Source of the DNA: Dipteris shenzhenensis
Taxonomy: Eukaryota
Direction: 5' to 3' (one strand)
NCBI GenBank assembly: GCA_047967505.1
Contig: CM106538.1
Length of the DNA: 64,000 nucleotides
Shown: positions 50,100-63,142 of the stretch, piece by piece
How positions within the stretch are numbered: position 1 is the stretch's first letter
Layout of the letters: each line of letters starts with the position of its first letter
Notes under the pieces: model-generated
The model's database searches: none
What the model was told of the DNA's origin: nothing
Seen by the model: the letters and a program-made list of their open reading frames with translations, nothing else
Made by a program: the position numbers and the translations under genes

Positions 50100-51504
50100 T
50101 TGCAAAGTTTAGTAATACGTGAAGCTACATGGAACACTGCTCTATAAGCAACATTGATAAGCTTAAGCAACATGAACACACGCTTAAGGCAAGTCCATGG
50201 AGGAAAGAGTCTCATTGCAAGCGCCACATTAGAGGATATAGAGATGGTAATATCTCACCATCCTTCACAGTAATTTGTTCTATGGGAGGCACTTCTAGAA
50301 AACAATGATGGTGCACTCATATGTCTTGCTATTGGGGAGTGGGAGAGTAGAAGTGCATCATGGAAAGAGGGAGTGGGAACCAAAGAGTGTATTCCCAAAC
50401 ATAATTCATCATCTAGACTCTAAGGATCATGCCAAAGATGCATGGGATGAGTTGAACACAGTGTTTGGTGCAAAAGCAAAGAACCAAGAAATTCATCTTA
50501 AGAGTGAATTATATGGTTTGCACATGAGCTTTCATGAATCCATGGCACAATTTATCAACAAGATCAAAAGAATTATGACCCAAGAAGGCATAAATGCAAA
50601 GCAAGGGAAAAGGAAGTGCAATCCTCCTTAAAAGCATTCTTGAAGAGTACAATGCACTGACAACCACCTTGAAGAATCTTCTAGATCCAAAGTTTGAGGA
50701 ATGTGTATCATCTCTTTTTGAGAAATAAAGAGATTTTAAGGCATCGGCATCGACATCGACATCTACATCAACACACATCAGCAATCATGAAGAACAAGCA
50801 TTATTCAGCAAAGCATCAGCAAAGTGTTACCATTGCGGAAGGATGGGTCACTACCAAAGTGATTGTGAATTGAAGAACAAACCAAAGTGTCACCATTGCA
50901 AGAAGCTGGGACACGAGGAAGAAGACTAGAGATTGAAGCAACAACAGGTCAACTACATGGAGTCATCATCAAGCCATGAGCAGAATGATAACAACAACAT
51001 GTATTGAAAAGCAAAATCCTTTCCACCTTTAACCTATATTCTTGTAATCAAACCTGACCACCTACAAGTAGCCATGCAAGCACTCAAGGGAGGTATTGAC
51101 ATGTAAAAACCACACTTGACCACCTTACGTAGCAAGGTATGTACTAAGGGGAGGTGATGGATTTGTAACTCACATCTGGCGCGATAGCCAATGGATCATG
51201 GCACCAAGGGGAGGTGTTGAGATATGGTGCCATGTGCACATAAATTAGAAGCTAAGGTATGGTGTAGAAAGAATTAAAGTAGCCACCCAAGGATGTGGAT
51301 GACATGATGTGAAGATGTGGAGCAAGGACTATCACTAGATGGTATGTGGATCAGAGGATCCCACATGGTTTGACTATTCTAAAGGATCTCTCTATATAAG
51401 AAGCCTTCTTGTATTTTTAATCACACATTTGCAATAGATTGAGTGTTTCCTATCTTATGTCTCTCTCATGGTGTTTTGATCCTCCTTGATCCCTCACTTT
51501 CACA
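50100..51504 (+). mobile_element. Gag-only Copia-like LTR element remnant (3' LTR about 51215-51504)
   Basis: AKDAWDELNTVFG and FINKIKRI; two CCHC knuckles (CYHCGRMGHYQSDC, CHHCKKLGHEEED*); PPT aaggggagg then TGTTGAGA; no pol between gag and LTR. Confidence 0.75.
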
Positions 51505-53579
51505 GAACTAGCTGAAGCTAAACCTGCATGGAAATGGTGGATGATGAGCAGTGCTAGTTGTGAATTCCTACATCCACCTGCCACCATGAGAATTTTGGCA
51601 CAGCTATGCTCCAACTTAGGTGCTAAAAGGAACTAGAGCCAATACACGTACATCCATACTACTACAAGGAACAAGCTACCAATAGATTGAGCTAGGAAGC
51701 TTGCATGTATTTATTGCAATCATGAAATGTTACCTAACTTAGGAGATGATAGATATGAGGAGAAAGCTCCAAAAGGGAAATATGATGTTGTTCTTGATCC
51801 CACTCTCATCCCACTTCTTGTGAAGTGGTTCCTCATATCATTGTGAATTTGGCATTGCAACCCAAAAAAATGAGGAGGATCGAGAGGTAGAACGTGATAC
51901 TCCTAATGAGGATGAGGAAAATCTTATTGGCATCCCAAACCATAGTGACGATAAGAAAGATGATGATGGTAATGGTTAGAGCCTTGATGATTTCATGATG
52001 ATAATTCTAATTGTTAGAGCCTTGACAATTGGGAAAATGCAACAAATTCTTTTACTCTTTTGACAAATGAGATAGATGTTTTGAAATTTTGCTTTTGGGC
52101 TTTTTTCTTTTTTTTGAAATTTTTTCTTTTGGGCTCAATTTTTTTGAAAGTCAAAACTTTAGATCTTACTTTTCAATATTTATTTGTTAAAGAGATATAT
52201 TATTTAACTAGCATGTTGTCCAATATCAAATTGATAATATTGTACACAAAATTGATAAATCCAACCTTGTGACTTGCAAATAGTATTTCAAAGACTTAAA
52301 TTCTCTCCTCTAGTGATGACGTGCACTAGATCAATGTTGTGTGCTTTTATGCATTGTTCATGGTCTAACATAAGCATGTATGTGTTAACATTTTCTCTAG
52401 TTTCTACACGTTTTGTTTAATGGTTCACTTCAAAAGGGTCTACTTCAATTGGTTTCTTCAATGAGTTTATTGAATCAATTGATTGCTTGAATGTTTTTCT
52501 TGAATGCACAATTGGATTAAGCTTGGGATTAAGCTTGGAATCCATTACATAGAAGATCCAATACTAAGAACTCAATAGTTAAGATGATTTTGCTAATTCC
52601 TAACTTCCCAAGTAAGTATTTAGATGATATATATTCAAATATTTGATGATTTTTAGTTTATATGACTCATGATCTTAGATCTAGTGTGGTAATAAGTCAC
52701 CAAGTCCTAACAATGATGGTGAAAACTCACAATTACAAATGGGCACAATCTACTTGCTTGTGCAAGCCAATGAGTGATAGTGTTGCTTCATCTTTTTCTT
52801 TCCAAGCTTCATTTTGTGCAGTGGGTATGTCTTCTTTTACAGTCTTCCAAAGAATCCTTCCCTAGTGAACTTCTCAAGTAGGGCATGTATTGCCATTGCA
52901 AAGGTCTTACCAATTGAAGAAACTTTCAAATATGGTAGTGTCTAATTGCATACAACACAACTGACTTGATAGGCGTGTAGAGCTCAGAAAACCAGTTATT
53001 TTTCCTTTTTGGAGTGCATGAAAGTTATTTTTGGATTGAAAGTTACGGCTTGTCAAAGTTTTTATGAAGAGAGAGTGGGCATGATGATGTGGCACAGGGA
53101 TTCACATCTAGCATTCAAAACTGTGCTTGGTAAGGACCTAGTGCTTAGGTGGCACTATGCCATGTGGCAGTCTTCTAACCAAACTGAGTTAACCAAGGCT
53201 AAATAAACTTAAGCATGATAAATTTTAATCTTGCCACGTGTCAATCAATGGGAACCTTTCAAAAGAAAAGAAGATTTGAAGATGAAGGCAGCGTAGTCTG
53301 TAGTCTGTGCACAGAGGCATAAAGAGCCGCAGGTCTTATCGGTTGAAGGTCGCGTTGCCTATGATGTCGCTGAATGTTGTGGAGGTGTAACTGCTTATAT
53401 TCTTGGCAGGTGTTGCTTGTATTCTTGGTAGTGGAGTGTCATGAGTGCAGGTTGTGGGAAGCCTGGTCAAGGCTGATGAGCTTCAGTTAGAAGTCAGCTA
53501 TGGCTATGGTCCGAGGCTGAGCTTCAATCAAAAGTCAGCTATGGCTATGGCACCTATAGTTACAGATGAAGGCGATCCA

Positions 53580-54320
53580 TGGAGGAAGCCGTTCATAGTA
53601 GATGCAAATGGAGTCACTTCCATCTCAGATTCACTTCTTTCTGCAAATAGAAGAACTTGCTGCTGTCCAAAAGACTGCAAACTGAAGCTACCTCTTTCTG
53701 TCCAAACACTGCATGGATCTTTGTGGTGAGACAGCCCACTTTGCTACAGATTTCTCCTCCGCACAGCTGGTCTTGGTAATCTCTTGGCTGAGTTGAATCA
53801 GACCCCTCATGTTGGTGAAGTGATCAACCCCTTAAGCACAATCTTAGCACAGTGTGTTTTGTGGCGTGCTAAGATCTGGCCCACCCTAACAAGCTTCTTG
53901 TAGACGTCCTTGGTCACTTCTCAAGTGAACTCAATTCACTTTGATACCATGTGTGTGTCACCCTGCACTTACACAAGATAACTGGAGCAATCCAAATTCA
54001 AGAGTAGTCTACACACATGAGAGCATGAACATGAACATGTAGATCTGAATAGATGCTACTGAAATAGGCTGGAGTAGAAGCTTCATTGATTCAACAAGTA
54101 GCTTCCATGCACCTTCCTGAGACGGGAAGGATGATGGACAACGTGATGTCCATGTGCTCACTGTGCTTGATCTCTCTACTAAAGTGATGATGACATGAGG
54201 CAAGATTGTGTGGAAAGGGGAGTCAAACCCTCTGCCTTATATAGACCTGGGAAGGCCCTAAGCACATAGAGCTATAATAGGCCATGGCCAATGTGCCACG
54301 TGTATTCGTGGATGGCCTCT
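53580..54320 (-). mobile_element. LTR plus PBS remnant, interrupted by the LINE
   Basis: ctttgatacca (53939-53949) reads TGGTATCAAAG, a Met PBS, on the minus strand next to ...CACA; ctatataag near 54240. Confidence 0.6.
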
Positions 54321-54334
54321 GCAATCCTCTCTCA

Positions 54335-57300
54335 GTGATCCAGACTGCCCGCATAGCAACTAGCTTCTATGCTGCTATGCGAGCAGTCTGGATTACCTCA
54401 CCCTTCTACAACAGGAGCATAGAAGGGAAGACATGACACGGGTAATGGCAATAAGGGAAGCAAGGAAATGGGCTGCCTATAGGGATGGCAAAGTGATTAT
54501 TCGAGAAAGAGCTGATAGAGGTGATAAGGGAGAAGGGGAGAAGGAAGAGGGGGAACTATGATGGTGTCAGAGTTGGGAGGGGAGAGCACAAAACAAGCTG
54601 AGTATGGCTATATGGAACTATAATGGTACCCTTTGGTTCAACCCCGGTGGCTTCTCGAAGACATACACAAGCAGAGACATCATCTTCTACACTGAGACAC
54701 ATGAGAGCCCAGAGAGAGGGCTGCCCACGGTGACAGGGTACATTTGGGAGTCTGTTCATAGGAGAGAAATGAGGAGAGATAGTGGAGTACGAGGCTTTGG
54801 TGGAGGTGTAGCCATCCTTTTCAAAACACACTTGAGACCACTCATATCTATAGTACGGAGAGAGGAACATGCACGTCACATGTGGATACGAGTGCAGCTA
54901 CTAGATGCCTGACGGATCTTCATTGCAGTGTGCTATTTCCCTCCACACATGTCATCATATGCCCATGATGTCACTACAGAGGGGCACAGTCCTTATGAGA
55001 CAATACATGATGATATCATAGAGTTCTCCAGAGAGGGAGACACCCTCCTTCTGGGGGATTTCAATGCAAGGACAAGGGATAAGCAAGTGGGCTTAATTGA
55101 CTTCACATATGAGAGAGACCCCCACATGATGCCAGAGTTGGATGCAGCAGAACTTGGGATTCGGAGACTTTCAGCAGATACTTCACATGTGATAGCATAT
55201 GGGCGACACCTGCTTGAGTTGGGAGTTGTCCATGACCTCATCATCTACAATGGCCTTCAGAGATGGCCATCATCTGTGGGGTTCACATGCTTCCCACATG
55301 GAGGCGGGACCAGCACAGTGGACTACCTACTGGGCCCATTGGCTTTTGTCACACGGATACATGACCTCACCATACCCCCCCCCCACTCATATCTGGCCTT
55401 CGATGTTCTTGCTACTACACCAGGCACATGGAGAGTTCCTACCACTACTCGGACCCAGACCCACTTTGACCGTGTCCTTGATCCGTGTATGTGTCACTTA
55501 GCCAAAGAGCTTCCGGCCTTAGTGGAGGCTGATTTAGACCTCACCCACGAGTGGCTTAGCCAGAGAGCTTCTGGCCTTAGTGGAGGTTGATTTAGACCTC
55601 GCCCATGCCTTAGCCACCCTTGTCATAGTGATACAGGATGCTGCCACCAGATCCTTTCCTACAACCCGATCTTCACGTGTATGAGATGGAAAGATACCTC
55701 AAATCCCTTGGTTTGATGATGAATGCAGAGAGATGCGAGCCCACCTCACATGGGAGAGTGAGCCTTGGTTCACTTGACGTCACATGAGGCACACATGATC
55801 TTTTAGCGGTTGACATGCTGCAAGAGACAAGCCTTCCTCACACATAGGATGGATGAGATCATCATATCATTTTGCGGAGGAGACCCAACCACAGGGCGGG
55901 GATTCCTCTCAGAGGGGAAGCCATGCATCCCCATTACGGATCCGGGCGTGTGGCACACTTATGCATGCTCCTTATATGTATGTCCTAAGGCAGACACCAG
56001 CAAACATGTCCTCTATGCCCAGGCCCACTACCTGTCATCTATTCACTACGCAGAATGTGTGGGCTGCACTTTGCTGACTCCACAACCGAAAAGCACAGGA
56101 TCATGAAGGCCTTCGGACAGAGCACTTCCTACATGGGCAGGAGGTTTTAGCACCGATCCTTGCACATATGTTTAACCTTGTAGTTTGTCACGGCTTCCCA
56201 CCAGCATGGAGCACCACTACTATCGTACCAATACACAAAGCAGGAGACCTCATGGACACTGCGAACTATCGCACCCTCATGATTGGCCACACACTAGCCA
56301 AGATCTATGGATTGGTACAAGAGAGAGAGATTAGCAATCATACAAAGGCACGAGGGCAGCAAACACTAGGGCAGGCAAGATTCAGGAGGCAGCACTCTAC
56401 TCTAGACCACATCTTCACTCTGAGGGCTATCATTGAGGAGGCGAGGCCTAGACATCAAAGAGTCTACACATGCTTTGTAGACTTTCGAAAAGCCTTCGAC
56501 ACTATTCGACGATCCCGCATGATCAAGAGACTACAAGAGATGTAGATCCCAGAGATGCTGATATGGGGTGTGATGAGCTTATATGAGTCAGTCAGAAGCA
56601 AGGTCCGTGCCCCAGGTCTATCGGATTGGGTCGAGAGCACCATTGGGGTGAAGCAGGGCTGCCCTCTCTCACTGACTCTCTTTGGACTCTACATTGATGA
56701 GATCGCATCTTTCATAGATCACCTAGGTGGCGAGGGCTCATTATTAGGGGATCTCCTCATACAGATATTGTTATATGTCGATGATATAGTCCTTATATTC
56801 TCTTCAGCGGAGGGGCTACAGAGAGATCTGGAGGCATTAGAGGTGTTTTGCAGAGAGAGAGATCTGACGGTCAACCTTGGGAAAAGTAAGGTCATGATCA
56901 ACACCTCATGAGCAGTGACTAACTGACTTACTTTCACCTATCATGGTGAACCAGTTGAGATAGTGTAGTCATACACATATTTGGGGGCAGTCTTCACAGG
57001 ACCCATCTTCACGATGAAACATGCAGCTTAGGCACGACTCACACGAGGGCATAGTGCTTTGGCTAGACTAGAGCGGCAGTGTTTCCAGGTGCACTTCCAG
57101 GATCCACTGACGAAGGGCTGGCTTTTCGACACACTAGTGCGGCCGACTGTCATGTATGCAACACCTTTCTGGGGGTCTGTATTGGGCTTTATTTGATGGA
57201 GATGCGGCGACACAAGGAGGCTCTTCTATGACAGATTAGAGAGAAACAAGGGATGGTCAGACCACTACAGGACATAGAGGGTGACCGGGCACAGTGGCAT

Positions 57301-57700
57301 GTCACAGACTTCTATACATTTGAGTCAACCCCCGGACACAATGGAGTGGAGGAAGAGGAGCTAGCCGATATGAGAGCAGTCTGGATGAGCAGCCAACACA
57401 GTATCACCGAGAGAGGGACGCAGAGGCCACATGTGCAACAGAGAGCCCCCAGAGTACACTCTATTGAGGTCCGACCTATCACAGCTTTCCTCAGGGGAGA
57501 CCGACAGAGACAAGGGGTCACTCTAGACATAGCCCAGAGAGTCCAGAGAGCGAGGAGACCGTGCCCCCCACCGTAGTACGAGACAGCTCGTCAGATGCAG
57601 ATACGAGACATTTTTGCAGCCCACCAGAGATCCATCACTATACCAGGCTTCGGTTTCGTCCCAATGCCTAGATAGATTGATTGATATGATTATGATTCTG
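54335..57700 (+). mobile_element. RTE/RTE-X-like single-ORF LINE, decayed, with an internal C-terminal deletion
   Basis: EN: IWNYNG, YTETHE, GGGVAILFK, LLGDFNART, STVDY. RT: NYRTL, CFVDFRKAFD, GVKQGCPLS, LLYVDDIVL. Deletion junction near 57175; short (GATT/GAT) tandem tail near 57670-57697. Confidence 0.88.
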
Positions 57701-57839
57701 TTAGCATAGACTAGTACTCAGTAGTACTCAGCAAGGGTCCTAGCGTACCCTTTGCTTCAACCCACTGAGGCTTGTATGAGTTCACTTTTTTGTGCACTTT
57801 GTCCCATAGGCCCGCGAGGTCTCTTGTGGACGTTAATAT

Positions 57840-59127
57840 TTCTTTCTTTCTCCTCCTCCACCCCACTGTGTCTTGGAGCTAACTCGAATGCATAAAAATC
57901 TGTGACATGCCACTATGTGTGGTCAACCTCTACATCCTGTGGTGTGATCGCCTCCTGCTGTTCTCTAATCTATCGTAGCAGGATGTCAGCACATCTCAAG
58001 CAGATACAGCCCAATATAGACCTGGTCATGGAATTGGATCAATCGTGATAGTGGGCCAAAGCCACTTCCATCCTGATAGAGACAGTGGTATCATCCCCGG
58101 ATCTCGTAGTAGGCTGGGTAGGTACAAAGAAAGTGTTCCTTTGTTTCAACCACTCCTAATGTGCATAGCGTGCATGTCCACTGCTCTCTAGGTATACATG
58201 TTGCTCTCCCTATCTCAATCCTCAGCTGATGGGATGAAACCCCTCAGTGCATGTGAGACTCTTCTGTCCTCGAGATATAGGGGTCTAATGATGAATCCCT
58301 CCTCTGAGACATTTAGGAAATGCTCACAGTAAAATTGTGTCTTGGTGGGGAGCTCCTAATCTCCCCCCCAAGCCCGAGACGCGTGGAGATGGAGAATATC
58401 TAATCGTATGATACGGTTAATCTCCTCTTGCGGGATCGACTCACGGGGTGCATCCAAACTATACTGAAAGAGGGGGAGCTTGTCCATCTGAATCCTATGC
58501 CTGGCAAACCATGTGGATACACGTGCATACCATGTGTTTGCCCCACCCTCAACTAGTTGTTTGGATGACTCTTGAGCCAGAGCCTCGGTAGTCTCCAATG
58601 AGATAAGTCCCAGACTCTATGGATGAAAGTCACTGTCTGAAAGATGGCATCAATCTGTAGTGGTGTCATGGAGAACTCTACCTGTACTATCTCATGCGGG
58701 ACTGAGGGATTTCTCCGAATCATCCTACATCCCATGGTCACTTGTAGCCACTCAAATCTCTTCCACACTGCTATCGGTAGATCACATTCCCAGAAGGGTG
58801 CTGCATACATGGCAGTCGGTCGCACTAGTGTATTGAAAAGCCAACACTTCGTCGGTGGATCTTGGAAGTGTGCCTGGAAACCCTGTCTCTCCAATTGGGC
58901 TAGAGCACCCCGTCCCCGCGTGAGTCGTGCCTGGGCTGCATGCATCATAGTGAAAAGGGATCCTGTGAAGACTGCTCCCAAATATGTGTAGGACTGTGCT
59001 ATCTCCACTAGCTCGGCTCGATAAGTGAAACTAAGTCGTCAAATTACTGCATGTGAGTTGTTGATGACCACAACCTTGGTCTGCCCAAGGTTGACCGTCA
59101 GGTCTCTCTCTCTACAGAATACCTCTA
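57840..59127 (-). mobile_element. Second copy of the same LINE family (RT end plus C-terminal zinc finger), inverted
   Basis: EVFCRERDLTVNLG and YTYLGAVFTG match 56840-57170; SSHQLRIEIGR..CTLC..ETKEHFL; truncated by the LTR at 59128. Confidence 0.85.
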
Positions 59128-60230
59128 TGTTAGAAACATGGTGTGAGGGAGAGAGAGAGAGATAGGCTAGGGAGTGAAGAAGTGATACTCAAATGGAAAC
59201 ATAATGAAGGCTTTCATTAATTCATCAAGTATGACAAGACAAGTGAAGTACAAGCCTTATATAGGCTACTCACTTACACACTAGCACTCAGTGCATATGG
59301 GATAAGTCCCATGATGACACATGGCACTCACACATGACTTAGACACATAGACTAGTACTAGATCACCTAGTACTACACACCAACACACTCTTTGACTATG
59401 ATATCTCCAACACCCCCCTTGAGAGCAAAAAGTGTGAGAGCCAACATGCAAGAGTAGACCGATCTCCCCTCCACCGCAATACTGCAAAGAGCAAGTCCAA
59501 CTGTCCAACACCTCCCGTGTGATAGTGACTTCTCAGTCAGCTTGCGACTGGCAAGGGCAAACCATCACTCTTCATGCCCCCTTACTTTGAACTAGGTGGT
59601 CAATACCCTCAACCAAAGTAAAAGACAATACATGCATTTTTGGGGGACAAATCCAGGGCAGAGTACCTCTTATTGACTCCAAATACATTCAATTTAGAGG
59701 GACAACTCAAGGCTGAGAACCTTTATTTGACTCAACACAAGCATATATAGAGCTAAGCATCATCTACCTTCTCAAAGAGGAATAGATCATGCAACATAGC
59801 AATTGAAGCTTCCTGCTCAGGTTCAGTAGATGTAGCATAAATATTCTTGAGCTTGTCTAGGTTCTCCTTAGCTGAAGTAGTGAGGTCAAGTTCGTGAAGC
59901 AATTTGTTGACCAACCTCACACCAAGATGGGCCAATGCTTTGTCATGCTTCTCAGCCCTAGATGCAAGTGCTGCTGATGAATCTTCACCACAAGGACTAG
60001 GCTCCATAGTAGCAAACTAAGGTAATAGATTTCACAGCAGCAAATGAAGAGCCAGCAATTAGGAGATCTTTGATAAAGCTTATTATGATATTTTGGATCA
60101 AGCATGCTGAAGAGACACAAGGGGTATGCTCATGAAGATGGGTTGAAATGAGGGATTGATGCCAAGAGCAGCCAATGCCCTTACCAGAAGACTATGGTAA
60201 ACCATTGAAAATGCTGACTTTTTTTGGGTT
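59128..60230 (-). mobile_element. Short LTR element remnant (LTR 59128-59412, PPT, gag fragment)
   Basis: LTR ends TGTT...AACA; PPT aagggggg at 59413-59420 on the minus strand; gag-like KALAHL...TTSAKENLDKLKNIY. Confidence 0.7.
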
Positions 60231-61127
60231 TTTTTTTTGAAATTTTGATTAATTTTAACAATTGTGTCTCTTGAGCACTTGGTCTTTCCTCGAGAATGAT
60301 TGAAGCAACCAATCGATGAAATTTTTAGCTCATTACACAAGATGCTGACTTTACGTTTACAAACTCGCATGGCTCCAGGCAAGTTTCTGGGGTCACCTTC
60401 CTAAATGTGATGGACAAGTGCAAGGTATGTGAGTATAGCAAAGGAAACAAAACTCACATGGAACCTTGGAAGTTTATGAGAATAAAGAAATTCGTATTTT
60501 GGCAAAGATTTGGTTTTAAATTTATACCCTTTGGAGTACGATAGATCCTCGTGAGATTCTAATGATGCCACGAATGATGTTTTGAAATCTTTAAGTATGC
60601 AACTGGATATAGCTAAGGATATGGTCCTATTGAGACTCAAAAACACTTAACACAGACATTTACTTCAAGGTTAAAAAGGTGGAGACAATATCCTTTCACA
60701 ATTATTTTGGATTATCTGAGCTTAGAAATTGAGTTTATCATGTTGAAAAGGGGATTTGAGCTCTATTCGTGATGCAAAATTTGTCTGGGAGTTTCAGCTT
60801 AGGATTAGACCATGAGGAAGTTTATTTTATAACCCTAGTACAACCGGTCATTGTTGATGGATGCCCACATGTAGACAAAGAAGCTTGCGAGAAAGTGGTG
60901 AAGGTGCAAAAGAGGTTATGGAAGTAGAAGTTAAAATGCAAATCCTTTTATCAAAGCATGCTGGCTGAAATTAAGAGTATAGTTACAAGGTTATTGGATC
61001 GTGGTGAGTTTATGGGAGGGCCCATTTAAAGAATAGTTGCTATTGTGGATGGCCTGGCGCATGAGGTAAATCTAAAGTTAATTAAACAAGTGAATACATT
61101 CCAGAGGCCTACCCTGGCAAACTGAAA

Positions 61128-61129
<2 letters not shown>

Positions 61130-61158
<29 letters not shown>

Positions 61159-61230
61159 ACAAGAAGCAGCTTAGAGAGAGAGAAGAAGAAGAAGAAAGAA
61201 GAAGAAGAGAGAGAGAGAGAAAGGGGGAGA
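61130..61230. repeat. (GA)n/(GAA)n microsatellite
   Basis: Seen directly. Confidence 0.95.
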
Positions 61231-63090
61231 AAATGATGGCCAAATTTTTGAAATTACTATAATCGGTTTTAGCTTCTTACAAAAATCCCCATCTCTAAGG
61301 CCTATAGGGGTAGGCCAACAAATGCTATTGTGTTTTTAGAGGATGAGTTTGGGCATGTTCCTGGATTCATCTAGATATATAAATATGTGACTCATATTAA
61401 GAAGGTTTCAAGAATATAGAACTCTCTTTGCTTGTAACTTGGGTCATCAATGGCAATTCACAACATGAATACCACTCACAAGGAAAAGCCTTTCTTTTCT
61501 GAAAATGTATGCTGGCTGTCTTGCAAATGATCTTCCAAATGAATATGTTAAAGGACTTGAGGACCACAAGATTGGAGTAGCACTTAAACGGTTATGCCCT
61601 AAATGATCCTCCAAATAAGGTAACCAAATCTTAACAAGCTGTGGTATTCAAGCCAGTGCAAGGATTTCTTCAGAAAGACCTTGTGCACTCAGTAGCTCAT
61701 TGTTGTGTTCATTGTCTTCTTGGTTCAAAAGAAGTAGTAGCCATTTGAGAAAATGTGCAATTGGGGCTTTATGGGGCCAGGGTTGTCTGACTCAATTCCC
61801 TTATGCCGCCCTTAGTTGGCCACTTTTAGGTGCCTATTTGGAGCCTCGTGAGGGCTACATACAGTGGACTTGAAGTCCATACTCCTATGGCCTAGTGCTT
61901 CCATTTGTAAATATTATTTGCTAAGGTATGCACTTTATATTCCATTATGGCTTCATTCTAGGCATGATTGTTTTCAAACGAGGCCTCTCGTATTGGGGAT
62001 TGTCTTGGGCAACTCTTTTTTTAAACATGGCACAGTGCTTGGTGGATAATAGTTTGTGCTAAACATTTAAGGGGTAGTAACTTGTTTCTTCACAAGATTG
62101 TATCTGGGATGGCTTTCAAGGCTTGTGAACTATTGTAAATCAATGCTAAATGAGAAAGAGTCAAGTGATCAAAGTTGGGAGCTCAAAGAGTGTTGCTCCT
62201 GTGAGACAGATTATCTGCCCTTGAAGGACAAAGGGTAGCAGTCACATGGTACTATTAAAATATTGGAGTTGAAAGAGGTTGTTTAAGTCCTCCAGAAAGA
62301 ACTTGTACAAGGGTCACGAAAACAATAAAGAACAAAGTGAAGTATCTTAATAGGCGCCATGTTGAGAATAGACAGTATCTTACATTTTTTCAGTTAACAA
62401 ACAAGACTTAAAGCCTGGCATGTCACATCAATCTGTGTTCATTTCTATGGAAAGCGAGGTCTGAGGGCCTTGCTCAGCATAAGTTACATCTCTTCCTACA
62501 TGTTTGTCCTGATAATGTGACAGTTTTTTTTATGTTTCTTCATGGGTAATTGTATTTCAAAATTAATGAGGAAAAATTATGTTCCAATTTGTTAAGTAGA
62601 GGTGTAAGTCTCAAACTTTTACCCTCAATTGCTTCTAATCGATCAATGATAAAGAATGCCCTCAACATTTTTATTATGGTTCTGTCAATTTGTACTCTCA
62701 TTAGCTCACTTGTCCCAATGGTTTTGGATGCAGATCCCTTTACAGACGATGGAAGCCCACAAAGATAAGGTATGGTCTGTGCACTTCTTCACAATATTGA
62801 TGTCCCCTTGTACTTGAAAGGAATAGCTTATCATTCCCATCATCACATAAGGTTCAAGCAGAATGATTGCTATCTGCTTCCTGAGCTCGTATGACTGCAA
62901 GGCCCACCCTTTCCACCTGCTTTCTGAGCTTGTATGAATGCAAGGCCCACCCTTTCCACTTGCTTGCCTCTTGATCTACTGTCTTTCCTTTGCATTGCTA
63001 TCTCCTTCTGCCCTGCTCCTACCCCCGCCTCTTGGCCCTCACTTCCTTCTCCTTTTCACTCGTATTCCTTATTCCACTGCCATTCCGTAG

Positions 63091-63097
<7 letters not shown>

Positions 63098-63139
<42 letters not shown>
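63098..63139. repeat. (CT)n microsatellite
   Basis: Seen directly. Confidence 0.95.

Positions 63140-63140
<1 letters not shown>

Positions 63141-63142
<2 letters not shown>

Noticed and set aside
60400-62900. Possible gene or TE fragments
   Set aside because: Only short ORFs with no recognisable motifs or consistent splice pattern.
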